From Chromera velia (lineage: Eukaryota): DNA of 64,000 nucleotides. A program made the translations under genes and the position numbers. Position 1 is the first letter of the stretch; each line of letters starts with the position of its first letter. A model generated the notes under the pieces. That model saw only the letters and a list, made by a program, of their open reading frames with translations. It made no database searches and was not told where the DNA came from. This document shows, one piece after another, positions 37,726-50,200 of this stretch. The DNA is taken from positions 124,001 to 188,000 of the forward strand of contig JAHBMJ010000001.1 of the NCBI GenBank assembly GCA_018398765.1. The letters run 5' to 3'.

Positions 37726-38667
37726 GTCTGGTACCTTCTCATTGTGGTTGGTCTTTTCTTCCTTCCTGTCGGGGGCCTGTCTGCCCTCTATTATTCTCTC
37801 CTGCCAAGCTCCCTTAATTGTCTTTATACGTTAATCTTTGATGCCTTTCCATTCTGTTTGTCTCACCTTTTTGCAACCGAGGCCTTCCTGTTATACGTCA
37901 AGCATCTAGGTCAAGCGCCTTTATCGTTTTTGCTTCCGTCGCCAACTATATGATATCTCCTTACCTTTTCTCTGCAACTGTGTATGTTGTATGTCGGAAA
38001 GTATTCGGTTCTGTTGATTTCTGTGGGATCTCGTTTTTGTTTCATTCTCTGCCACCTTTCATTTGGCGACTCTGTGTTCTTACTGCTTGCCCAAAGCTTT
38101 TCTCGAAAATTCTGGTCAGACTTTGAGTCTTTAATCTAAGAACAGCTTTTAAAGGAGTATTAGCATACTCTTAGATCTTTTTTGCCGTGTTGTTTTCGTC
38201 TCATCTGCTCTTGTTTCTGCATCTGCAGGCTCTGTTGCTACGGTGACGGAACAACCTGAGGGGCCGGAAGAATAAAAGAAGGAAGGAAAGAAGGAAGGAT
38301 GAAAGGAAGGAAGAAAAGAAAGAAAGAGGCAGCTGTTGCTGAAGAAGGGCGCTCTCATAGGGACTGAGTGACTGACCGATTGACTAAACTAAGTGATTGA
38401 TGAAATTAATTAATCAATAGATTTTTTTTTGGTCTTTCTAGTAACACACACGGACAGGCTAGCAGGTTGGAGGTCAGAAGTCTTAGATGAAGGCCGGGGA
38501 AGTAGAAAGAAGAAGGAGTGCCTTGGGGGGCATAAAGGTGCATGGTTATGCACATATAAATTAAACATATTGCTCGGCAAAGTTCCGGGCAAACTGAGAA
38601 GTGCTGCTTATATATTGCTTTAATATGTATACATAGCCACAGTTCTAGCTACAGTTATTAGTAGCTA

Positions 38668-39756
38668 GGGTTTGACACTTTGTGAGGGTACCCTAGGTTT
38701 GAAGTTAGGTTTTTCAATAAAAACTTAAATTTTTGATGTTTTAAAAGAAATTTCTGGAGCTTAATTTTCTAGAAAAGCTTAAAAAATGCTAAAATAGGGT
38801 CAAGTGGCTAAGGTTAGGGTAAGTTAGGGTAGGTTTTGATGAATTTAAAACCCATTCGCTACGTCTAGTTTAGAATTGATTTAAAAACCATGGTCACACC
38901 AGATTTAAACCTTCCAAACCTCTTCAAACCTATCCAGACCTGGTCAAACTTCTGAAATCTATATGTGAATGATCTGTTAAAAGCATATTTTATATGTTTT
39001 CGCCAGTAAGACCACGTTTGTGACACTCTGTGTATAAGCATTTCAGAAAGGGGATATAGCCTCGCTTGCATCAGCATTCACAGTAACCGCTGCATTCTCT
39101 TTGTCCTGCCTCCCTCCCTTTTCCCCTCTCTTCTTTCCTGGTACGATATGGTACGATCTTTGTTTACTTGATCGCCTCTCCGTGGAAACCACACATATGA
39201 ATAAGGAATTTGGAAACCTACTGCACTAAACATTGATGGCGGCTTACAAATTGAAGATAGAGAATTGGAGCAAGTTGATCGGGCATTTGAAAAGGAAATT
39301 ACACCTCTGGAGAAGTGACTCAGAAGTTTGTTGAAGTGTGAAAGAATGAAAGCAGCTTTTGTGTTCTTGACTTTATCCTACATTTGTTGAATGATCGGTT
39401 TGTTTGATGTTTCCTGGTAAAATACCAGGTTGTGTTTGCTTTATATCTTCTCTATATTCATACAAAAGCCATTTGGAACCAGGTTTAGACAGGTTTAGAC
39501 AGGTTTGGTCAAGTTGGGGGATTAGGTTTGCAAACCGACGTCATGAGCGTTTGTGAACCTCAGAGGGCAAATTGACTTTCCTATATATAAAAGGTCATAA
39601 GATTTAATTTGAAAAGTTGTGTTATCGTAGGAATAAGGTCAGTTCATCCTAAAAACCTTAAAAAACCACTTTTTAGAGTTATAGCTAATCAGAGTGACAC
39701 ATACCCCTAGGGTTTGTAATTAAATTATATTTATTTCTTTTTTAGATGTCATACGT
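38668..39756. mobile_element. AT-rich non-autonomous DNA element with long imperfect inverted ends
   Basis: Left end GGGTTTGACACTT. The right end, reverse-complemented, resembles GGGTATGACAC as seen in the 35248 copy. Internal AAACC-rich tract (38895-38950) mirrors GGTTT tract (39475-39530). Flanks are CTA / TAG. Confidence 0.5.
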
Positions 39757-39905
39757 TAGATTAGTAGTTAGTATACAGTCTAGACGTTATTTTAAGTGAC
39801 TATGACTATGACGCGCCATCGTTATCTATATCCAGAGCTAGCTGAATACCTCTAACGTTAGGCAGGAAAAAGTTGTTATTTTCTAGGACGCCATGCTATA
39901 CTGCC

Positions 39906-40262
39906 TTAATCAATATATTTTAGATCAAAAGTTTCAACTAGAGCTTCAATCTCTCAAGAGGTATGCTTTTTCATCACTAGCTTCATCAAAGCTGCTGGCT
40001 CCTAGGTGAGGGTCTTCCACCCACCCCACTTTATGTGATAGCGGTGCCCTCTTCCACCGACAACTCGGTCCAAAATTTTTCCACTTCATATGCCAATACC
40101 TAGGCCAACACCATTCTGCCCCTCACTTCTCTTCTTTTCTTCCTCTTGAGTGTGGGTTGGTGAATTGGGTTGTCTTTATGTGCTTTCTATTAATGCACTC
40201 CGGCAGCACCCGGCATTCCCACCCACTTGTAAAGGTTCGTGCATCTGCAGAGAAGGCCTTAA
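39906..40262 (-). pseudogene. Decayed ORF with a C2H2-like zinc finger followed by a chromodomain
   Basis: Minus strand reads LLCRCTNLYKWVGMPGAAGVH**KAH...VLA*VLAYEVEK[1-nt frameshift]ILDRVVGGRGHRYHIKWGGWKTLT*EPAALMK...EIEALVETFDLKYID*. This matches the chromodomain pattern YEVEKILD...Y.IKW.G...TWEP. It is absent from the ORF track because of the stops. Confidence 0.75.
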
Positions 40263-41203
40263 AACGCCCCCGTATGCCTCCGTCACCTTCTTTTTCCTCA
40301 CCGTCTTTCTCTCTTGCTTCCTCTCTGCCTCTTCTCTAGCCCCCTCTCCCTCTGTCTCCTTCACCCCTTCTAACCCCTTCCCTCATTATCCTCCTCCATC
40401 CTTTTTTAATCATTGATGATCATCGTACAAAAATTTAGAATGGCTATACTACTACTATACTAATAGTATATAGACTAGTACTACTGAGTAGTAATTATGA
40501 ACAACTATTATTATCATTTAAACTGAATAAGTTAAGTTACATTAAGTGTTTAGACACATTTTTAATATACAAATTTTTGTTATACTAGAATCTATTATCT
40601 AGTCTATTATAATGCATCATTCAAATTTTTGGTCATATTCAACGTTCTTCACTTGCCAGCCTAAGTCGCCAGCATCATATGTAGTACCGTGACATTCAAA
40701 TTGTGATCAATCATTCATGAAAGGCGCCAACAATAACGCATGCAGGACCCTGCTCTAACACTCGGTTGACTGCTTTGTCATGTTCACGGCTTGCTACCTG
40801 CGTGTATAGCAGCGTGAGATGGCTCTAAGTTTGAGGGCGTGCTAATAGCCTGAGTTTTGGGCAAGCGGGCAGCATACGGAAAATTCAAGGATCAGACAAT
40901 CAATTTCTGGATATAGTTGATCAAAGTTGTCAAATGGTTCAGCAGACGTGCAGACAAACAGACAGACAGACAGACAGACAAACAGACTGTCTCAGACAGT
41001 CAAAAAACCGAACCGTGCAAGTAAGAGACTTTCAAGAAGAACTTCACTGCAGCATTTGAATTCTTTTCTGCCCTGTTCCTTTCCCTCCCGAGCTTCATTT
41101 ACTTTTCCCTCAATTGTCCACATCTCCCTTCCCATTCCCCCCCCAATCAGTCGATTCTCTTTCGTTCCCTTCAATGTTTTTTCGAAGGATTCTGCTTCAA
41201 AAA

Positions 41204-44200
41204 TTATCCTCCCCGCCGATCAGTTGATCCTCCCAAACCGCGACGACTGGTCCCCGGGGGGCGCTTTGCCGCCTGATGCTCTCCCTCGGCCTGTGGCTCC
41301 ATCTCGAACTCCCCTCCCCCGATCTCTCTCTCACTTCCACCTTCTCCCTCTATCTCGGTTTCAAATGGGGCACCGATCATGCGGTTAATTGAGACCGCAC
41401 TCGAGAGGGCACTGGGGGCGGGACTCCGGTTGCCCCCGCGGTCGCTGCTTCCCCCCTCGCTCCGGGGGGCGGCAGGCACAGGCAGACGGACCTGGACGCT
41501 GCTCCCACTCCCTGCAGCGACCCACCCACTGGCGTTCAAGTTCGAGTTCGAGTAACTGTTCTGTGCGGACAGCCCCCCAGCTCTCGAGCCAGTGTGCTCA
41601 GCCCGAGACGGCATGATGACTCCACGAGACGAGGTCCAAACGATCTCATCTGTCGCCCTCACAGCCACCACAATCTCAGGTTCCTCCTCCCCCATGCTGT
41701 TGTTGCTGCTGTCGGTCTGAGGGCTCCCCCCGTTGAGACGCCGGGACCCTTGGCGACTCGCTGCACGCTTCGGCTGCTTCCGTCCACTCTTTGTGGGACT
41801 CTGCTGAGGGCTCTGCTGGATGTACGCATAGAAGGGGCCCTGCACCGGCGCCCCCCGGAACTCCGAAGGGTCGGGGCCCTGCCACACGTAGGAGGCCCCA
41901 GTCGAAATCGCGGCAGCTCTTCGCGTTTGGGGACTTCCGGCGATTCCTCCCATTTCGTCATCATAGGACGCTCTCCTATTCGAACGTTGACCCGAAGAGG
42001 AAGAGGAAGAGGAGGTTCCTACCCACCCACCACTTCCCCCTCCTCCTGCTGCTGCTCCCGCCGCTTCACCACCAACCGCTTGAGCGAGACGGTTGGATGC
42101 CTCACTCCCTCCTCCACCCTTGCTGGAGTTTGCAGAGGGGATAAACATGACAGCGAGACGCCCCTCAGGTGTGAGGCAGAGCTCAAACTTCCCCTGCTGA
42201 CGCCTTCGAGACGATCGGCCAGTCATGGCAGCCAGAGAGCGAACTGTGAAGTCCCCAACCGCTGCGGCCATGTCTCTCAGACGAGACCTCACTGTCTCCC
42301 CCCCGCTTCTCTGCCCTCTGCTCGATCCTCTACTGCTGTTACTTCCTCCTCCTCCTCTCTTGTTTCGTCTGCTTCCAGAAGCACCCCCCCCGTCTCTCTC
42401 TCTCTCTCCGTCTGCACCACCACCAAAAAGCGCAAACCGCAGAGACCTGCCGGTCTTCCCCCCCCCATGATTGCGTGTCGTCATCGGTTGCCTCTCATCA
42501 GTCACCTCAGGGTCGTCTGCATCGTCCCGCACACCCGCACCCGCCCCCGAGACCGCCCCCCCGCTGGCAGAATTTGTTTCCCCCCCCGCGTCTTTTAATG
42601 CTACTTTGATCTGGGGAATGTCAAGCTCCTCGGACACCGCGGTCATCTCCGAGTCGCTGCCTCCGCGCCGCACAGGGGACGGGAGACCAGCAGCCACAGG
42701 GGTTGCAGGTTCTGCCTCCATCCTCATCTCCTCCTCCGTCGCCGCCACTGTAGGCGTGCACCACACAAGCCTTTCCCCCCCATCTGCCCAAAGCTGTGCC
42801 TGGCCCGTGGAGGCATCAAGCGAGAGGTACGCATTCGAGTCTCGTGCGTGCATCCACTCGCCCCCTCCCTCCAGGAAGCACCGTGTGTCGAGAGGGAGAC
42901 GGGAGCCCAGATGGGTACGCGAGTCGAGAAACACAATTTGGGAGGACGTCAGGGGTGATTTCTCTTCGGCAGCCGCAGCTCCCGCAGCAACCACCGTCTT
43001 ATTCCGACAGCAACAGCACCAGACGAGGAACAGGACAGCTAGAAGGATGCACAGAGGAACTGCGACAACCACCGGGATGAACCAGGGACAGTTCACCACA
43101 GACGCGGCACATGCATCCCCCCCCTCCCCTGAGGTCTGTTCTTCTTCGGTCGGGCTCTCTGGAGGAAGTTCTTGGACAGGACGCTGCTGCAGTGGGTCCT
43201 CAGCTGAGGGTGTTGCCGCGTCTCCTCCTTCATCTTCAGGAGAAGGGGGGACTGTCTCACTGCCGTCGGAGATCTCCACGGCTGTGGACGCGGAGAGAGA
43301 GAAGTCCGTCAGGTGGGAGCACGCGCACGTGACTGTGGGCCGCTCACTGCTGCTGCTACTGCTTGCCCACCCGGAAGGCCACGTGACACCCCTGACTGTG
43401 CAGCCCTCCGAGGCCCACGCACTCGCAGTCTCGTCAAGGAATCGACAAAAGACCGGCTGCTCCACGCGTCTGACGGCAGAAACCCTCCATCGGAGAGTTA
43501 CCCCCCCGTCTCCTCGGAGCTCCCACTCAGGCGGTGCCCCCTGTCTGAAGGCGGTTGCAATCACCTGATCTTGGACCGGCATTGATACCTCTATGGGGGG
43601 TCCGTGCACGTTGTTCAGACTCACCGAGTCACCGCACCGTCGGAAATTCACCGACACAACCGGACCCACGATCCCCCCCTCTCCATCTGCGCTCCCGAAG
43701 GTCTCCTCTGTCCAGGGGTTCAAAGGATTCTCCGACACTTCCAGGGTGATGGTAGGAGCGTTGATCCTTCCCCCGCAACGGGCAGCAGGCATCGAGGTGT
43801 CCTCGTCCAGCGCCATCGACTCAGAGGCACTCCAGAAGGTGTGCAGGGTCTCACCATGCCAGAGAACGGACACACCAGAGGAAGTGTCGACTGCAATCTG
43901 CGTGTCATTTGTCATCGACGATGGGGGAAAGGCGACTGTGCTGATTCGCATAACGGGATTCCCATCTGTGCTGCCAATCTGTTGTTCCCGCACCCCCGCC
44001 GTGGCACCCACCATGCCTTCAATCGATCCAGCCTCGCCTCCACCCCCTTGCAAGAGACGGATGCGCACCGAGCCGCCGACCCCGCCTCCCGAGGTCGGAG
44101 CCGTGGATGACAAGACAGTGAGGCGCTTCATGGCCACATTGAAAAGCTCTTCAATCACCTGAGCCCGGGGGGCACCTGGGATCTCCAAATCGTCCCGAAT

Positions 44201-47200
44201 TCTCAACACAGGACCCGCCCCCCGCCCCTCTGCCAAAGAGGAGCTTTCATCATCGCTCTCCCCCATTGTGTGTCTTGTGGTTACTGCATCTACAGCCTCA
44301 GCAAGAAGCTTCATGGCCCCACTCATAGCAGTCTGCAGTGCTGAGCGGACTTCGTTAGGCAGGCTCTCGTCCTCCGCGTTCGCCCTTGCATTCAGCAGAT
44401 GCTTCCCCCTCTGGAACGCCCTCTCTCCTGCCACCAGAGTCCGGAAGGTGAGATCGAGGTCGATGATGTCAAGACGACGCCCTAGGGACAACTGCAATCA
44501 ATCAACCAACCAATCCATCAGTTGATCAATTCATGAACCAACCAACCAACCAACCAATCAATCAATCAGTTTATTCGGATCAAACACCCGAGGAGGACCT
44601 GATCGGTCGAAAGAGAAAAAAAACTGGACAGAGGGAGAGAGAGACGGAGGCTGACCATTGAATTTGCTCCCTCAAGGAGCATGTCCAGAGTGTTCACTGT
44701 TCTGTCAAGGACTCCCGTCGGAAGATCAGTCACCGCACTCGCCAGACCGAAGATATTCCCTGCCACTTCCTGGTTGACGATGTCAATGGCAGACAATGCA
44801 ACGTTCTTCGCAGACTGCCGGGCCGACTGCTGCGTGGAGTTTTGGGCTTCAGGCATGTCAAGAATCCCGGCAGTCCGGGCAGTCTCCAGCGTCCATGCCC
44901 TCAGAAGGTTCACCTCGTTCATCGACTGCGTTCATAAACGAATCATTTTAATGATTGAATGAATCAATCGGACAATCAATGATCGGTCACTTGATTGTTG
45001 CCTTTCTCTCACGCTCATTTTCTCTCTGCGGTTCTAGCTGTCTTGAGAAAACCGAAAAACGGATAATGACACAGAGTAGATGTACGATACACGGGGACCT
45101 GCCTCAATGTATGGGGGATACCCTGGGGGTCTATCTTGCACTCCCCTACCTCATCAGCGGTGGATCGGGACCCTGACGTTGACGTTTGCAGTCGGCGGCG
45201 TCGTGTTCCTCCCTCTCCTTGTCCGACCCCCACGGAGACGCTGTCCTCTCCCCCAAACCACCCCTTTCGCCTCTCAGCCAGAACGTGGACGTCCGAGAGC
45301 TGCAGGCGGGTCCGCAGAGAGACCTCTCCCACCCGGGTGCCATACGCCTCCACGCTGACAGAGCACGCGGGGTCAGTCGATACAGAGCAGTCGAGAGACG
45401 CGTCGGGGGCCTGGGGGATCGTCAGGCCGACGGGGGCGCTGTCGACGGGATGCGACCGCCGCCCCCACCGGTCGATCGCTTGGAGGCTGAACACGTACCA
45501 GCCGTCGTGACCTTGGAGCGGCTGAATGTATGGTGGCAGGCAGGCAGGCAGGCAAGAGAACACAAGTGCAAGTAGACAATGAGAAAGAAATCGAAGGAAT
45601 TGATCGAGAAGCCGATCATGCAGAGGAACCGAGAAAGAGGGGAACAAAGGGGATTCGGCATGCAACACTGAATGAAACAGATGACTGCATGCAACGTCAG
45701 CAGATATCTCTCTGCCTACAATTAAGGGAGAATTGAATTGAAGGATCGACGATTGAATGAGTATTCCCCGAGACAAATTGAGGCTGACCAGGATGGGCAG
45801 AATCCTCAAAGACTGCCCCTGCAGAACCCTACCCAGATAGACTACAGGGGGCGCGTCCACCCCCAGCACCGGATTGCCTTGAGAGTCTGCCACTTCCTTG
45901 ACCCAAAGAGCGAAGGACAAAGGCAGGAACTCAGCAGGGGCCACCCAGTCGACATTCACGATGGCCACAAGGGAGGGCACCCCAGGAGGGACATTCCTCC
46001 AGTCCCCGTTCTGGATCGAGAACGGGGCTCCGTTTGAAGAGGGGGGCACAAGGAGCTCGACGTCATCTGCATGCAGAAAGACAGAAAGAATGAAAGGAAG
46101 CAAAATGGAAAAGGAGCGCACACAGCAAAGCAACACGGCCGACTCGGAGACATCCAAACGCGCACAGAAAAGGACTGCCGAAGCGCTGTAAATTGAGCAG
46201 TTTGGCATCGCAGTAGAAAGATGCTCTAATCTGTCTGTACAAGAGGCGAAAAACCGAAGCTGCTGCCTTTCTGCCTTGATTGATTGATTGCCCCCTGCAG
46301 GATGACTGCTGACCGAAGCACCGGACCCCAGGTCCAAATTTCCCCTCAGGGCACTGGCAGGTGAACGATCCGAAGGCCTCTGTGCAGGTGGCCTCGGCAT
46401 CACAGTTGTGGAGGCCCTCTGTGCATTCGTCGACGTCTGCACGTGAAATGGATGGACTGAATCAAGGCGGTAGAATTGCATGAATTCAGACCAACAGCAG
46501 TAAAAATCAGGAAAGACGAAGAAAGCGGGTCATTTAAATGCAGGGAGAAGAAAAGAAACAAACAAGTCAATGCAAAATGGTTAAACTAGTGCAGACTGAC
46601 TTTCACACTGCGCCCCGTCTCCTCTGAATCCATCCCTGCATCTGCACGTCTGCTCAGAGAGGTACCCGATGACTGTCGCGTGGGGGGAACACCAGTCGTA
46701 CTGAACGATCGGCGGCTCCCCTGCATACACATATATTCATATATACGCATATGCACAAACGATTTCGATTTACTTATCCCGGCCCGCTTTTTAGATTTTC
46801 GTCGTCGTCTCAAAGGACAAACCGTATTGAATGCCTGTGAAATTTTGGATTCGCCAAAACACATCAGAAAGCGAGAGCAACAACAAAAACAATACGGCCT
46901 CAAGCAGACAGCACGTACGCACCGACCTGTGGTGCACGTGCGACCGTCCCCGAAGTACCCCTGTTTGCACTTGCAGAAGAACTTGAAGAAGGAGCCCTGA
47001 GAGTCGTCCCAGTCCACGCACTCTGCATTGCTCGGACAGTCGTGGACGCCCTCAGCACACTCGTCGATGTCTGCAGACATGCATATGAACATGGGCAGAC
47101 AGGCAGGCAGGCAGACATATCGATCGGAAGAAGTCACGAACAGTTCCGGCGGGCAAACATCACTGATACAGACAACATCTGTCCACCTTGCAGAGACCAA

Positions 47201-50200
47201 AATATCCAAAAATGCGAACAAAGCTCCATTTCGAACAAGCGTTCGAGCCTTCCAACTGAGTCGCGAACGAAGCTGAATGTCCAACCAGAAAGAGACAAAA
47301 GCTACTTCATTCCGACTCCCTCCCTCCCTCCCTCCCTCCCTCCCTCCCTTCCTCACTCACTCACTCACTCGAGCAGGGCACTCCAGGGTCAGGGCATCTA
47401 AATCCGTCCTCCAATCTCCCTATCAGATCGCAGCCGTCTCCGGACTCTTCGTTCCCGTCGTCGCACTCCTCGGGGCCTGTCAGGAGACCGTCTCCGATGT
47501 TCACTGCACGCGAATACTCAGTCAGGTGTGTGCGTGCATGCGTGTCAGTGCGACCTTGTGATTCACTGTCCATGTCGATAAAGGAGAGAGCAGAGGAAAC
47601 GATGCACAAGTGTGGAGAAAGATCCGCAAATTTTATATCCGCTTGACAACTGCCTCTAGACTTCCGCACAAATAGACCCGCCCAAAGAAAAAAGAACACT
47701 CGTAAGTCGACATACCTTCGCAGACCTGCCCGTCCCCCTCATACCCAAGGTTGCACGTGCAGGTGTAGCTGCCGATCGTGTCCAGACAGGTCGCCAGAGT
47801 GTTGCACAACGGACTCTGTGCAGACGAACACTCGTTGATGTCTGCATGCAGTCGCGGAGAGAAAATGGACATTTGTTTCCCGCAGACTGTAGACACGTTT
47901 TGTGATGATCTGTACATCATCGGGGCATTCAGCACGTCAACGTTCTTCTACGCCGTTCAAAAGAACCCATTCTGGGGCGAAAGGGCCTCTGAGAGAAAGA
48001 CCCACACAACCACGTGCCCCTCCTTTCCCGAAAGGCGCAATCGCACACTCACTCACTCACTCTCGCACAGGGCGCCTTCCACCAGACAGGCAAATCCAGG
48101 TTCAGGAATCCCGATGGCAGAGCACCCGTCGAAGCTGTCACCGTTCCCGTCGTCGCACAACTCCACACCGGGGGCGATGATGCCGTCTCCCACGAGGGCT
48201 GCATGGACGCATTTGTTTTCATACAGAATTCTTTATTTATTCATACAGAATAAATGCATTCATACAGTATGAATGCACACACAAGGGGCGATGATGCCGT
48301 CTCCTACAAGGGCTGCATGCTCAGACACGCCATGCAGTCCGGCAGGGAGGTAATCATGAGGCAGGAAGGAAACTCGGCGATCGACGGACAAGGAAAGAAG
48401 AAGAACAAGTCAAAAGGCAAAAGCAAGAAAGAAATATGGAACATCTAAAGCTATCCCTCCTCCATTCAGCCTCTCTCTGTGAAGCGACCCCCCTGCACAG
48501 GAACCCTCCTCTGCATTTCTACCGCGCCACCTTGGTTCGTTCATTTTTGTCTTTCTTGCCTGTCTGTCTGCCTGGCTCACCCACTCACTTCCTACATGTC
48601 AAGTTTCCCCCTGCCTTCCTCTCTGCCTGCCTGACTGACTTGAGCATGTGGTTCCCGGAGGGGCGGCTGGGTCCTCCCAGTGCCACCCGAGGCGGCAGTC
48701 ACAGGAGAAGCTGCCCTGGGTGTTGGTGCACGAGGCAAAGTCTGAGCAGTCGTCGGTGCCCCTGGCGCACTCGTCGATCTCTGCATGCAATGAGAAGAGA
48801 AGATGTGCATGTCCGTCCAAAGATTTCCTTCCACACAGACTCACACAAACACACAAAATCCATGGAAGAAGAGAATTGACAGCGGGACGAATCACCGTGG
48901 AAGGACAAGAAATTGATATTGACAAACAGCTTCATGCAATTACGGCTCAGGCTCTATTGATAGAAAAGGCATCGCCTGCCCCCCCACACAAATAAATAGC
49001 CACGCACCAGAGCAGGAGACGCCATCCCCCTCGAATCCCAAATTGCACGCGCAGGTGAATCTTCCCTCCAGGGCCCCCTTATTTTCGCAGCTCGCTTGGG
49101 AATTGCAGTTGTGGACCCCCAGCAGGCACTCGTTCTTGTCTGCATGCATGCACAGATTCGTTCAAGTTGGGTGCGTGCAGAGGGGGGTTCATGTTTGGAG
49201 AGAGAGAATTAAGCAAGAGGAGGAAGATGCAATGAGATGATTGAAGGTCAAACTCCCAAATCAGTGGAGCACTAATTTGAATTGTTCCCGCGAACTGCCG
49301 CCAGACGCATTTTGTTTGAGAAGAATTTTCTTCTGCAAGATTTGATTGATTTGCAGACCTGCCGGATACACTCAAATGAAATCACGGCAAGACAGAGGTG
49401 AAATGCCGACACAACTGCATGCCGACAGACCTTGACACACAGAGGGGGCGTTGTCGAAGTTCTGGCACTCCCAGCCTTCCTCCACACGGCCCTCGAAACA
49501 ACCGTCGTTTGCGTCCGTGTCCCCGTCGTCGCACTCCTCCCATCCGACTCGGGTGCCGTCTCCAAACGTCGCTGTGTGGATGCATTGACGTGCAGGAGAA
49601 TCATCAACTACGATGTTTCTTTTTGACTCTCTACTCAAATATCAATGGGGTGACAAGCGCTTCAGAGTGTTCATGCTGTGAAACCTCATAGAGACTCCTT
49701 TTGAATCTTTCACTCAGACGAACGAGCTAGCGTGCTGAACACGCGTGTGTCAAAGAGATCCTTTCTAAAGTCCAAAAAAATGCCGATCAGATGGACAGAA
49801 TCCGATGCACCCTGACAGTCACACTGAGGAAAAAGAAGACTGACGAATGCAGTCGCTGCAGAGCGTCGGACATTCCCACCCGTCCTCGATGAGGGAAGTG
49901 GAGGAGCACCCGTCTCCACTCCTAGAGTTGCCATCGGCACACTCTTCGCCCCCAACAAGCACGCAGTCCCACACGTTGGCTGCATGCATGCAGGTTTGTG
50001 TGCGGGCAGGGGGAGACAAGATGAAACAAATCAATCACTGATGAAGAGATAAAGACCGATGAAGAAGTAAGAGTCAGCGATTAAGCATAGGAACGAAACT
50101 AGCGAGGAATGTGATAATGGAAGCAAGCAACTTGGACTGCAGCACAAAACAAGTTCCATACACAATCCATCCGTTTACAAGAGGCATTTCTGACGTGCCA

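Noticed and set aside
36895..37953. 352-aa hydrophobic ORF resembling a multi-pass membrane protein
   Set aside because: It is a translation of the (TTTC)n simple repeat and is open in several frames.
41594..44525. Long plus-strand ORFs (334, 365 and 189 aa)
   Set aside because: They are antisense shadows of the GC-rich terminal exon of the minus-strand gene.
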